Origin: Squalus acanthias
Taxonomy: Eukaryota
Length of the DNA: 64,000 bases
Reading direction: 5' to 3'
Assembly: GCA_030390025.1 (NCBI GenBank)
Contig: CM059432.1
Coordinates: 45,076,001-45,140,000, forward strand
Shown: one piece after another, positions 11,525-22,190 of the stretch
How positions within the stretch are numbered: the first letter of the stretch is position 1
Layout of the letters: the number at the start of each line of letters is the position of its first letter
Position numbers and translations under genes: made by a program
Notes under the pieces: generated by a model
The model's input: the letters and a program-made list of their open reading frames with translations, nothing else
The model's database searches: none
What the model was told of the DNA's origin: nothing

Positions 11525-11667
11525 TGCAAAAGCAAAATACTGCAGATGCTGTAAATCTGAAATAAAAACAGAAATTACTGGAAATACTCAGCAGGTCAGG
11601 CAGCATCTGTGGAGAGAGAAACAGAGTTAACGTTTCAGGTCAATGACCCTTCGTCAGAACTAGGGAT
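11525..11667 (-). mobile_element. Solo Penelope 3' end (family B) with HHR
   Basis: 14-bp TSD ATATACTTGTGATA (11511-11524, 11668-11681). Confidence 0.88.
11625..11661 (-). ncRNA. Minimal type I hammerhead ribozyme (family B)
   Basis: AGUU-CUGACGA-AGGGUC AUU GACCU-GAAA-CGUU-AACU. Confidence 0.85.
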
Positions 11668-13047
11668 ATATACTTGTGATACAACCTGATCTTCATCCCT
11701 CCTCCCCTTCTTTGTCCAGAAAAGATAAAAACGGTGGTATTCTCATCCTGCTGGCAGTTTAAATGTGAGGAAATAAATAGGTACAAACCGTACAATTGAT
11801 CCTAGCAATGTTTCTGGAAGTAACACAAATGAAAATAAACGTTCCCAAAAAAATACTTTCAAAGTTAGACTTTTCAGCTCTGTCACATGAGGGGATGGAG
11901 CTTCAAGGGGAATCTGCATTCCATTTATGCTCGCCAATGGTATTGATGGCAATGAACACAACACCCCTTCAGTAGCTCATTATTCTGCTGATTCAAATAC
12001 TAATATCAACATTGCTTGGGTTTTCAGCGAGATTGCTAATCGCTGACCTCATGCCTGGCTGGTAATGGTTGACCAGCATGAAATGGGCAGGGAAATGTTG
12101 TTTTTCATCTCTGCCCATTATTCTAACCCCTAACACTGACTTTATGCTACCACTGTGGCCATATAGGAATGAGAGATTTTTCCGATTTTCTGTGTTATTC
12201 TAGTAGCTGAAAAATTATTTTTCTATTGTTGCACTGTCTAAATAAATAATACAGCTTCCTACTCTAGTGTTTGTTTCAGGTGTTGATTTGAAGACAAAAC
12301 ATGATTGTTTCCCTTTCCTGGGTCTTAAAATAGATTTAGCATGCATAGGTATATTTAGACACAAAACACTGATTTTTGCTTCTGATAATATTACAAGTAT
12401 TTTTCGTAAATTTGTAGTTCATCAATAAGGGAAAAAAGCACTGTCAATTATATTGGCACATAGAATTTAACAAGGGTTGCTCAGCATTTGGTTTGCTCTA
12501 ATTTCTCTAGATAGTTGCTTTCTGGAAGTTGCAACCGTGTGTCTCTTATTGTTACTGGGGCAGTTTTGTAACCAGACTGAGAATGTACCTATGATAATTT
12601 TGTGAAGAATCTCTCTAGAAGTTAACCTTTTTATTTTAGTTTAAACAGGTTAATGCTTCTGTTAAAATAGTCGACAGAGGAATGTTATATGAATTAATTA
12701 AGCTTTCGCAAACAGTAATTTCTAGGATATAATGAACAGAGCAGTAAGATAATCTGGCTGTATGTGGTAGCTGCATAACAGTAGGACAAAAGTATACAGT
12801 AAAATGCCAGTGGGGTCCAATAGATTAACTGAGAATCTGTTGGCAGTGCACAGCTGTTACTTTGACATTATAAAAATGCTGTCACACCAGCACCTATTAA
12901 CAAATCCCTTAAATTCAACATTGTTCAGCCCAGCAATGGTTGAAAATTGCTCGGAATAATTCATGCTATTTCACAATGCTTGAGGCTTTGTAAACTGAAC
13001 TGAGGGTGTAAGTAAATGAAATTCAGCAAATCAAAGCTGAAGACTTT

Positions 13048-13796
13048 GGGCTAGGAATTCAGTGCGTTTGTGCCTCTCGTTAGCGCCCCCGGTGGGCGCT
13101 AACGGGGCCCAAATGACTTTTCACCTGGGCACGGCATCGCTAACGACTCCCGCTAAATTCAGCGGGAGTTTAGCAGCTGCGGTAACCAGTAGCACCCCGC
13201 TCCGCTGTGCAGGCGATGACAACTTCATCACCGTGCGCAGTGCCCCATTTTCACCCTGCCTTCAAAATTGGCCTGCACCCCCTGAATCTGCACCAAGCGA
13301 TGGCAGGGGGCAGGAACGGAGCGGCAGGAGGCTCGCCGAGTGCTAACTAAAGGGGAGGTAGCTGGCGGCGGAAAAAAAATCAGCCGACTTACTTGTCGCG
13401 GCCTGTTGCATCTTTGAACGTTGGGGTCCGTGCCACGACCTGGCAGTCCTGCACTCCTCTTGAGTGCCGGGCTGCTGGCACGGCACTCCGCTCCCCAGTG
13501 GTCCAGGTAGGGCCCGACAGAGTTGTGGGCTTGGGCCCTCCCCTTTAATGAGGGGAAGAACCCTTCCAAGCGGCAGCGCTACGTGGCCCAGTGCATCGCG
13601 CTGCAGAACGCACTGCCCCGATTTTCGGGGTTAGCGCTCTAAGAAGGAAGTGGAGTGCTTGAATTAGCGCTCCACCTCCCTCTTGGGGCACTAAAACTGA
13701 AGTTAGCGATCGCCGGTGCTATTTTTCGCCGGGCGCTAAATTTAGCGCCCAGGCGATGTTAGCGCCCCAAAATGGTCGCGAACAAATTTTTTCCCC
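13048..13796. mobile_element. Harbinger-type non-autonomous element (GC/CpG-rich MITE)
   Basis: Ends GGGCTAGGAATT / AATTTTTTCCCC, TTT on both flanks, and TAGCGC-rich subterminal arrays like those of 37060-41228. Confidence 0.8.
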
Positions 13797-14232
13797 TTTA
13801 TGTACTGTACCACACTGAAGCTTTTGGAGGTCCAAAAGTACTGGATATCTGAATTTAGCCCTTGGTCTGCCAGTTGCAAGGAATGGGGCAGGTTATGCAG
13901 TAAGAGAAGTTGCTGAAAGTAGCACTAAGAATATATTTGGACTGTGTGAGTTTTCTGAGTTCTGATCATTTTATGGATTTGTCAAACATGACTTTATTTT
14001 GAGACAATGTTCAGTGAATCTGTTATCAACAATCTTAAGGGTGTTGAAATAAAGCAAGGAAGTGAAATGTTGATTTTACAAAAGAAAAATACTGTGGAAA
14101 TCTAAAATAAAAATGCAGGAAATACTCAGCAAGTCAGGCAGCATCTGTGGAGAGAGAAGCAGAATTAACGATTCAGGTCGATGACCTTTCATCAGAACTC
14201 ATAAAAAGTAATCAACCTCAAACGTTAACTCT

Positions 14233-15044
14233 GGCCGCGATTTTGTAAATAGATGCGGGTTGGGAGCGGGTCAGGTGGTTTCTGGCTTCCAGTCCCGTCC
14301 CCAACAACATCTGGCCCACGGACATCATTTTACGTTGATTGACCTTGTTAAGCCCGCCCTACGAGCTTGCCGGCCAATTAAGAGGAAGCCGGTCAGATGA
14401 CATCACAGAATCACAGAATCACAGAATCCCCACAGTGCAGATAGAGGACATTTCGGCCCATCGAGCCTGCACCGACACATATCCCACCCTATCCCCGTAA
14501 CCCCACGTGTTTAATCCCCCTAACACTAAGGGTCAATTTATCATAGCCAAATCAACCTAACCCGCACATCTTTGGACATCATTTGATGACGCTTCAGCTG
14601 CCGGTTTTCTTAAAGGGACCACGTACAATTTTTCTTTGACAGCTCATTTCTCAGTGTTTGACAGCATTGAAGTGCTGCAAACACTGACAATTACTGTACA
14701 AAGGTGAGCTCTTGCACCCAGGCTCTCCAGTGACTCCCTCCATAGGCTGGAACAGATGGCAGCTGCAGGTGAGGTTACAGAAGTGATCTCTCACTAGTGA
14801 GAGAGGTTCTCCCAATAAGGTGGGACTAGACATCGATTTCAAAACATTTTACCTACAGAAAAATGGCTTTAATCCTCTTCCCGCCGCTAGGTGTCGGTTC
14901 CATGCGCAAATCGGGGACCCGACACTTGGGAAAATTGTTTGGAGGCGAGTTGACAGCGGGATCGAAACCCGCCGTCAATCAAAATGATTTTGACCCTTGA
15001 CCAGCCTTCAAACCCGCCCTCTCAGTGCTGATAAAATCGCGGCC
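14233..15044. mobile_element. Harbinger-type MITE
   Basis: Perfect TIR GGCCGCGATTTT / AAAATCGCGGCC. The TSD TCT is confirmed by re-joining the interrupted Penelope end (AACGTTAAC-TCT-GTTTCTC). Confidence 0.9.
14405..14577 (-). mobile_element. HE1-like SINE 3' fragment with CR1-type (ACAGAATC)n tail
   Basis: Octamer tail, CR1-like 3' stem, and TAACCCGCACATCTTTGG core. Flanked by a GACATCA duplication. The family name is from recall. Confidence 0.65.
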
Positions 15045-15344
15045 TCTGTTTCTCTCTCCACAGATGCTGCCTGACCTGCTGAGTATTTCCAGCATCTTCT
15101 GTATTGTAGATTTTACATACCATTTCAACAGGGATGCTTACTACCATTATTTTAAACACTTTTCCTTAACAGAATAACCATTTGCATAATTTTTTGATTA
15201 AATTGTTCTCTCAATTAATTCAGAATTTTTTTTTAAATATGTAGAATATCTCAGCATTCTAGCAAGCTAAGGTGAGTGTGAAACTTCAAGATTTTGGGGT
15301 TCAAAGCTAGGCCTGTATCTTCCATCCTTCATGTCAAGTTCCAC

Positions 15345-16170
15345 AGAACCATAGAAGCTTATATCACAGAACGAGGCCATTCAGTCCATTATGTAAACCA
15401 GTTTCTTGCTAGAGTAATCCAAAACTAATGTCACCCCTCCTCTTCCCATTGTCCTGTGTCTTCTGCTGCTGCGAATATATATCCATTTTCCCCTGAAAAG
15501 AAGCATTGGTCTCTGCCTCAACCATTCCCTATGGAAAAGCTTTCCATTTCTTATTGGTAATAATTTTAAATTGATCACAGGCTCTTCAACCAGAGAAAAA
15601 ATAGTCTTTCCTCAAAACTCTTCTTAATTTGTGGTATGATACAAAAAAACCTTTATTAAAACTGCTCTTAACTTTCTCTGCTCCAGGGGAAATAGTCCCA
15701 GTATGAGAAGTCTCTCCTTATGCACCATCCTGGTGAATCTATGTTGAATGCTATCTATAGCTTTAATGTCTTTTCTATATTGGGGTGCACAAAACTGCAT
15801 ATGATACTTTAATTGTGGCCTATACAATGTTTTGTTTTATAAAACCCCAAATTCTATCGACTTTTTTTATGGTTTTATCTACCTACACTCACATTTTCAG
15901 GGAATTGTGTATTTGAACCCCAGGACTCTCTGCTCATCCGTACCATAGAGTATCTTTCCCTTATTTGCAAACTCCCACCCCTTGCCTTTGCTCCCAAAAT
16001 GCATTACCTCACACTTATCCGCATTAAATTGCATCTGCCACCTGCCTGCCCATTCTATTAGCCTGCTTATGTCCTCCTGAAGTCTTTTATGGTATTTCTC
16101 ACTGTTTGCCAAATTTCCTACATTTGTGTCATCAGCAAATTTTGAGATTGTGCTCCTTATATTAAAATCC
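15345..16170 (-). mobile_element. Old degraded CR1 3' fragment
   Basis: [24 protein letters not shown] and RPQLKYHMQFCAP. Confidence 0.88.
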
Positions 16171-16959
16171 AAATTGATTAATTTTCCCGTCTCTTCCTCT
16201 CCCCAGTAGAAAGCTATTGTTTCCCAGAATATTAAGTCAAAAAAAAGGTTGTATAATGTGCGCTTCGCTGATAGCTTCAGATTATTCACAGAATAATCAT
16301 GAGACAAATGACAACAGAACCTTAATGGGCATCATGGAACTGTCTGAGATGCTGGTAACAGCTTTTCCATGTACTATTACTGACAAGTGTAACTGCTTTA
16401 GTCAGACATATCATTTAATATTCCCACTCAAATAGAATTGGCATGATTGAATTCTAAAGTTAACCCTTTGTGTGACATGGTAGCGGCTTTGCATGATTTA
16501 ACCCCTACAGAACAACAGCTCTGGGGAATTCTGTACTCCAACTTTGTTCACACGCTATGATGAAAAATGGGAATTTTTGCAAGGAACGCCATTAGCGTTA
16601 ATAAACCCAAAAAACAGGGTGAGTATCGGTCTGACAACCAGAGGCAGAAATCATATACAACTGTCATTTTTTCCTGCACATTCTCCAAAATATCAATGTC
16701 CATTTGAAGATAGAGGCCCAAAGGTCAGTGGGACCACTCCATAAATGCCAGGGAGCACCCATTGATGACATCTGCTCCTGAATTTGGCAAAGTATCCAGG
16801 GTCAGGGGGAGTTCACCTACTTTGCACATGGCTGGTGTGCAGCTGCTCACCAAGCTGTCATCACCAATGGCTCAAGTAAAAGTTTTAGAAGCGACATCAG
16901 CTGTCTCTAGAGGAAGACAACATTCTTTAGGATTTCAGGTCAGTACCAAGCCCAACTAC

Positions 16960-17630
16960 CCCACCACTGACCTTCAATTGTACCACCGTCACCAAGTTCC
17001 TCCACCATCAAAATCTTGTGGTTATCATTGACCAGAAGCTTAAGTGAACCAGTCATATCAACACTGTAGCTACAAGATCAGGGCAGATAAAGGGTTCTCT
17101 GCAATGAGTGGCTCACTTCCACATCCCTCAAAGCCTATCCACCACCTGTAATGCTGAAGTTAGAAATGTGATGGCATACTTACCTCTAAACTGGATAGGT
17201 ACATCTGCAACAACACTCAAGAAGCTCAACAGCATTCAGGATACATCAGTTTACTTAATCAGCACTCTTGCCACTGGACTCCGTATCCACTCCCTCCACC
17301 ACTGGCACATTGTGCATTATCTACAGCATGCACTGCAGCAACACAACAAGCTTACATTGAGAGCGCCTCCCAGATCAGGGACATCAACCACCAAACAGTA
17401 ATATCATGAGCATACTCTCACCTCCAAGTACCCCTCCAAATCACACAGCATACTGACTTAGACATACATTACTATTCCTTAATTGTTGCTGGTTAAATAT
17501 CTTGGAATTCCCTTCCTATCACCACAAGGACTGTAGCGGTTCAAGATGAAGGCCTGCCACCGCCTTCTCAGGACAACTAAGGATCGGCTATAAAAGTGAC
17601 ATTGCCAGTATCGTGCCCATCCTGAGAACA
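16960..17630 (+). mobile_element. Old 'family 2' LINE 3' fragment
   Basis: AEVRNVMAYLPLNWIGTSATTLKKLNSIQD. A diverged homolog of 10740-11420. Confidence 0.75.
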
Positions 17631-17644
17631 TTTATCTCATTTAT

Positions 17645-18140
17645 CTCTCTCCACTTGCCTGGATGAGTGCAGCTCCAACAACACTCAAGAAGCTTGACCA
17701 TCCGGAACAAAGCAGCCCGCTGGATTGGCACCCCATCCATCACGTTAAACATTCACTCCCTCCGCCTCCGACGCACGTGGCTCGAGTGTGTACCATCTAT
17801 AAGATGCACTGCAGAAATTCGCCAAGGCTTCTTCGACAGCACCGCCCAAACCCACGACCTCTACCACCTAGACGGACAAGGGCAGCAGGCACATGGGAAC
17901 ACCATCACCTCCAAGTTCTCCTCCAAGTCACACACCATCCTGACTTGGAAATATATCGCCGTTCCTTCATCCTTGGGGTCAAAATCCTGGAACTCCCTAC
18001 CTAACAGCACTGTGGGAGTACCTTCACCACACAGATTGCAGCGGTTCAAGAAGGCGGCTCACCACCACCTTCTCAAGGATAATTAGGGATGAGCAATAAA
18101 TGCTGGCCTTGCCAGCAATGCCCACATCCCATAAATGAAT
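17645..18140 (+). mobile_element. 'Family 2' LINE 3' fragment
   Basis: PLAWMSAAPTTLKKLD..GSKSWNSLPNS..FKKAAHHHLLK, followed by the GCAATAAATGCTGGCCTTGCCAGC end. Confidence 0.9.
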
Positions 18141-18284
18141 ACTTTTTTTTTTAATTCCTAGTTATCAAGGTGAGTAAAGATACACTTGAGATCATACAGA
18201 ACTAAGATTCACTTATGCAGATGTTTAACTGAATCGATGCAGTTTTCGCATAATTAATCTAAAATACAGAAAAGAAAGAAGAAC

Positions 18285-18645
18285 TTTCACTTTTACAGCG
18301 CCTTTCACAGCCTCAGGATGTCCCAAAGCGCTTCATGGTCAATGAAGTAATTTTGAAGTGTCATTACTGTTGTAGTATAAAGAAACGTGGCAGCCAATAT
18401 GTGCACAGCAAGGTCCCACAAACAGCAATAAGATAAATGTCCAGATAATCTGTTCTTTTCATGCTGTTGGTTGAAGGATAAATAAATATTGGCCAGAACA
18501 TACAGAGAACTCACCTGCTCTCCTTCAAATAGTGCCATGGGATCTCTTACGTTCACCTGAGAGGGCAGGCGGGGCCTTGATTTAACTTCTCATCTGAAAG
18601 ACGGCTCTTCCAAAAGTGCAGCACTCCCTCAGTACTGCACTGAAG
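18285..18645 (-). mobile_element. SacSINE1-like SINE, 5'-truncated
   Basis: Colinear homology to 9375-9715. Confidence 0.75.
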
Positions 18646-19822
18646 TAACTAGAGTAAGAAGAGCAGAAAAGATCCTAATGTGTAACATATCTAAATTCCG
18701 AATTAGAAGGAAAGTTGGTAAAAAAAATTGGGGGTCAAAACTCGTGCCACAAACCCTCTTCATCTACAGAGCTGATCTCAACAAAAAGAGCAAACATAAT
18801 CAACCAAACTGCTGAAAATAATAGCTAAAAAGCTGACATTGGGGTTTTTGGCCATCCCTTTATTCAAATTATATCAGCAAAATTATGAATGAGTTGATTC
18901 CAGCATTAAGAGCCAGAAATAGCATTGACATCCAAACAAAATCATTTCCGCCACATTTACATATTTCAATGAAGCTCCCACCTATTTCTGGCAGAAGCTT
19001 CCTGTATCAGTTGGACACAGCCCTCAGAAATATGCATCATACTCTTTGTGAACAGAGCTCTACCGTCAGTGATTTTGTCCCATATTTCTGGTCAGTTAAA
19101 CCCCTGATGTGCCCATTTAAAGGGTGTAAACAATGTAAATATTCACCCTACTCAGTCAGACCATAAGCATGAGGAGCTCGCTTTATCCCACCAATTTCCA
19201 TTATCCACCAGTGGATCTCCTGCAGTATGGCAGATAGTTGAGATTCTGCTGTACTGGTGTTATAGCACTGTAGCATTTGTTTATAATGATGGATCTTTCC
19301 TGTCATGTGGCGCATTATGGTATTGATTGTGGTTATGGAGATCTCTCTGGCCTAGAAAAATCTGTATTCAAGAAGGACGGCATAGAGATGGTGAAAAGAG
19401 ATAAAATTTATAGTATTATTATATTAATAAGACAATTACATGGCAGATTTTGATTTGAATCGATTTTGCATGGCACAGACATAAATCTGTAGTGTAACTG
19501 CAGTTCATGTCACATGATCTGAGCATGAATCTATCAAAAACAGTGTAAAACCACCTGGAGTCCCACACCATTCACTGCACATCAGTTACAGTCAGAATTT
19601 TTGTTTTGCATTCAGCTAATATTTTATCATATCCTCAAGCCATCCTCAAGCATTTTACAACCAATGGCTTATTTTTCAAGTAGCAACTGTCATTATGTAG
19701 GCAGCCAAATGTGCACAGCAAGATCCCCCACACAGGAAATGAATGAATGACCAGGTAAAGTAAAAACAGAAAATGCTGGGAATACTCAGCAGGTCAGGCA
19801 GCATCTGTAGAGAGAGAAACAG

Positions 19823-19860
19823 AGTTCAACGTTTCAGGTCGATGACCCTTCGTCAGAACT
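19823..19860 (-). ncRNA. Hammerhead ribozyme motif (family B, left arm)
   Basis: AGUU-CUGACGA-AGGGUCAUCGACCU-GAAA-CGUU-G-AACU, with one extra nt near the cleavage site. Confidence 0.7.
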
Positions 19861-20679
19861 GGAAAAAGTTAGAGATGTAACAGAATTTAAGCAAGTGCAG
19901 GGGCAGGGAAAGGGAGGAGGGGAGGGAAGAACAAAAGGGAAGATCTGTGATAGGATGGAAGGCAGGAGAGATTAAAAGACAAAAGGGATGATGGTGCAAG
20001 GCAAAAGGAGATGGTAATAGGACAAGTTAAGAAACAATAGATGACTCTAGATGATGTGTAAATGGCAATGGCAGAATCATCAACTTGATGTTGAGCCCAG
20101 ATGGCTATAAAGTACCTAATCGAAAGATGCGGTGCTGTTCCTCGAGCTTATGTTGAGCTTCGTTGGAACAGTGTAAGAGGCCGAAGATGGAGAGATCAGA
20201 GTGGAGTGGAGAATTAAAGTGACAGGCAGCTGGAAGCTCGGGGTCACACTTACGGACTGAATGGAGGTGTTCCGCAAAGCGGACACCCAATCTGCGTTTG
20301 GTCTCCCCAGTGTAGAGGAGACCGCATCGTGAGCAGCGAATACAGTATACTAAATTGCAAGAAGTACAAGTAAATCACTTTTTCACCTGGAAGGAGTGTT
20401 TGGGGTCCTGGACAGTGGGAAGGGAGGAGGCAAAAGGGCAGGTGTTACAGCTCATGCGCTTACACGGGAAGGTGCCGTGGGAAGGGGAAGGGGTGTTGGG
20501 TATGATAGAGGAGTGGACCAGGGTGCTGCTCCCTGTGCGACACCCTGGTCCACTCCTCTGTCACCCCCAACACCCCTTCCCTTTCCCATGACACCTTCCC
20601 GTGCAAGCGCCGGAGATGCATCACCTGCCCTTTTACCTCCTCCCTTCCCACTGTCCAGGGCCCCAAACACTCATTCCAG

Positions 20680-21009
20680 GTGAAACTTCGATTTAATTCT
20701 ACTTCTTGCAATTTAGTATACTGTATTCGCTGCTCAAGATGTGGTCTCCTCTACATTGGGGAGACCAAATGCAGATTGGGTGACCGCTTTGCGGAACACC
20801 TCCGTTCAGTCCGTAAGCATGACTCCGAGCTTCCGGTCACGTGTCACTTTAATTCTCTGCTCCACTCCCACTCTGATCTCTCCATCCTCGGCCTCTTACA
20901 TTGTTCCAATGAAGCTCAACGTAAGCTCGAGGAACAGCACCTCATCTTTCGAGTAGGCATTTTACAGCCTTCTGGACTCAACATCGAGTTCAACAATTTC
21001 AGACTATAA
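20680..21009 (+). pseudogene. GIY-YIG endonuclease domain of Penelope family B (truncated ORF end)
   Basis: NLVYCIRCSRCGLLYIGETKCRLGDRFAEH..LEEQHLIFRVG..PSGLNIEF. A mirror copy lies on the minus strand at ~20085-20390. Confidence 0.9.
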
Positions 21010-21299
21010 GCTCGGCCCCTATTTTATTTTTTCTTTATTTTTTTCTTTTTGCCTTTTTTTCTCTCACATGGCAGCTAGATGATTCTGCCATTGCCATTTA
21101 CACCTCATCTAGAGTCATCTTTTGTTTCTTAACTTGTCCCATTACCATCTCCTTTTGCCTTTCACCATCATCCTTTTTGTCTTTTAATCTCTCCTGCCTT
21201 CCATCCTTTCACAGACCTTCCCTTTTGTTCTTTCCTCCCCTCCTCCCTTTCCCTGCCCCTGCACTTGCTTAAAAATCTGCTACAACACTAACTTTTTCT

Positions 21300-21336
21300 A
21301 GTTCTGATGAAGGGTCATCGACCTGAAACGTTAATT
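21300..21336 (+). ncRNA. Hammerhead ribozyme motif (family B, right arm)
   Basis: AGUU-CUGAUGA-AGGGUCAUCGACCU-GAAA-CGUU-AAUU. Confidence 0.82.
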
Positions 21337-21879
21337 CTGTTTCTCTCTCTTCAGATGCTGCCTGACCTGCTGAGTATTCCCAGCATTTTCTGTTTTTATT
21401 TCAGATTTTCAGCATCCACAGTATTTTGCGTTTGAATGACCAGATGATCTGCTTTTGGCCAGACTGCCCCAATAGTAGCTGAGATGTTGAAATCTACAGC
21501 TGGACCCTCTTCAGTCAGAGCTTCTCAGGGTTGCCAACCACAGCAATCCCAAGTGCCCTCATCAGAGGCTTGGCAGCCTTCCACCTCCCATGCTGAAGCC
21601 TTGTAGGAGCACCAGAATAGGTTGGAGAGCACTAAGGTCAGGCACTAGTGGCTTGTACCAGGGTTAAGCTCAGTTTCTGGATGTGTTTATGTTCATTATC
21701 AGTAGCACTTTCTAATGGAATTCTTATTGTGTAGAGATTGTTTGGTGAGTATTTGTTGACCAGGTAATCTAATTCGACAGAAATACCCATGCTGGTGTTG
21801 GGTTGAATGCATTTTTAAGGATTGTGGCAGGATTGGGCCTTATGTTGGTGCAGGGGAATAGAGATAATTTAGCCAAAGT

Positions 21880-22190
21880 GCTCCTGGATAATCTGCTATC
21901 GAAGAGCTCGTGGAGCCAGTAGGATTGATGAGCCTTCCTCAGCATCCTCTGTGTCTTCCTGTTCTTCATGCTCCTCCACAGGTGGCTCAATGGGTTAGCA
22001 GATTTTCATGGAAAAGTTGTGGAGCATACAGCATACTATGGCGATTCTGGATATCTCTCGGGACTATACTGCAGGATGCCTCAAGACCAAACAGTGAAAG
22101 CCGCAGCTCTGTGGATTTAGCCTGCAGCTCCTCCTCCTTCTCCTCTTCCAGCCACAATGCCATCCCAATAACCAAACCCATAATGCCAGT
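21880..22190 (-). pseudogene. Harbinger transposase N-terminal relic within a degraded element (~21480-22700)
   Basis: MGLVIGMALWLEEEKEEE..YAPQLFHE resembles the MGAAL..RPYPPRVFR N-termini at 40736 and 53280. Confidence 0.45.

Larger units (their letters stand above)
14081..15104. mobile_element. Tail-outward inverted pair of Penelope family-B 3' ends, interrupted by a MITE
   Basis: Minus copy at 14081-14199 (HHR with GAAA>GAAU). The plus copy is split into 14211-14232 and 15045-15104. TSD TGT(T/A)GATTTTACA. Confidence 0.8.
19755..21432. mobile_element. 1.68-kb palindromic Penelope (family B) insertion: two 5'-truncated copies head-to-head
   Basis: Arms ~19760-20525 (-) and 20541-~21430 (+) with a 15-nt spacer. 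The 11-bp TSD TGAATGACCAG (19744-19754, 21433-21443) lies inside a SINE. Confidence 0.92.

Noticed and set aside
13048..13796. CpG island / host promoter
   Set aside because: The GC/CpG richness is bounded exactly by TIRs and recurs in other MITEs.
14163..14199. Functional hammerhead ribozyme
   Set aside because: The core GAAA is mutated to GAAU, so it is counted only as a relic. The 14211-14230 and ~26459-26476 copies lack CUGANGA.
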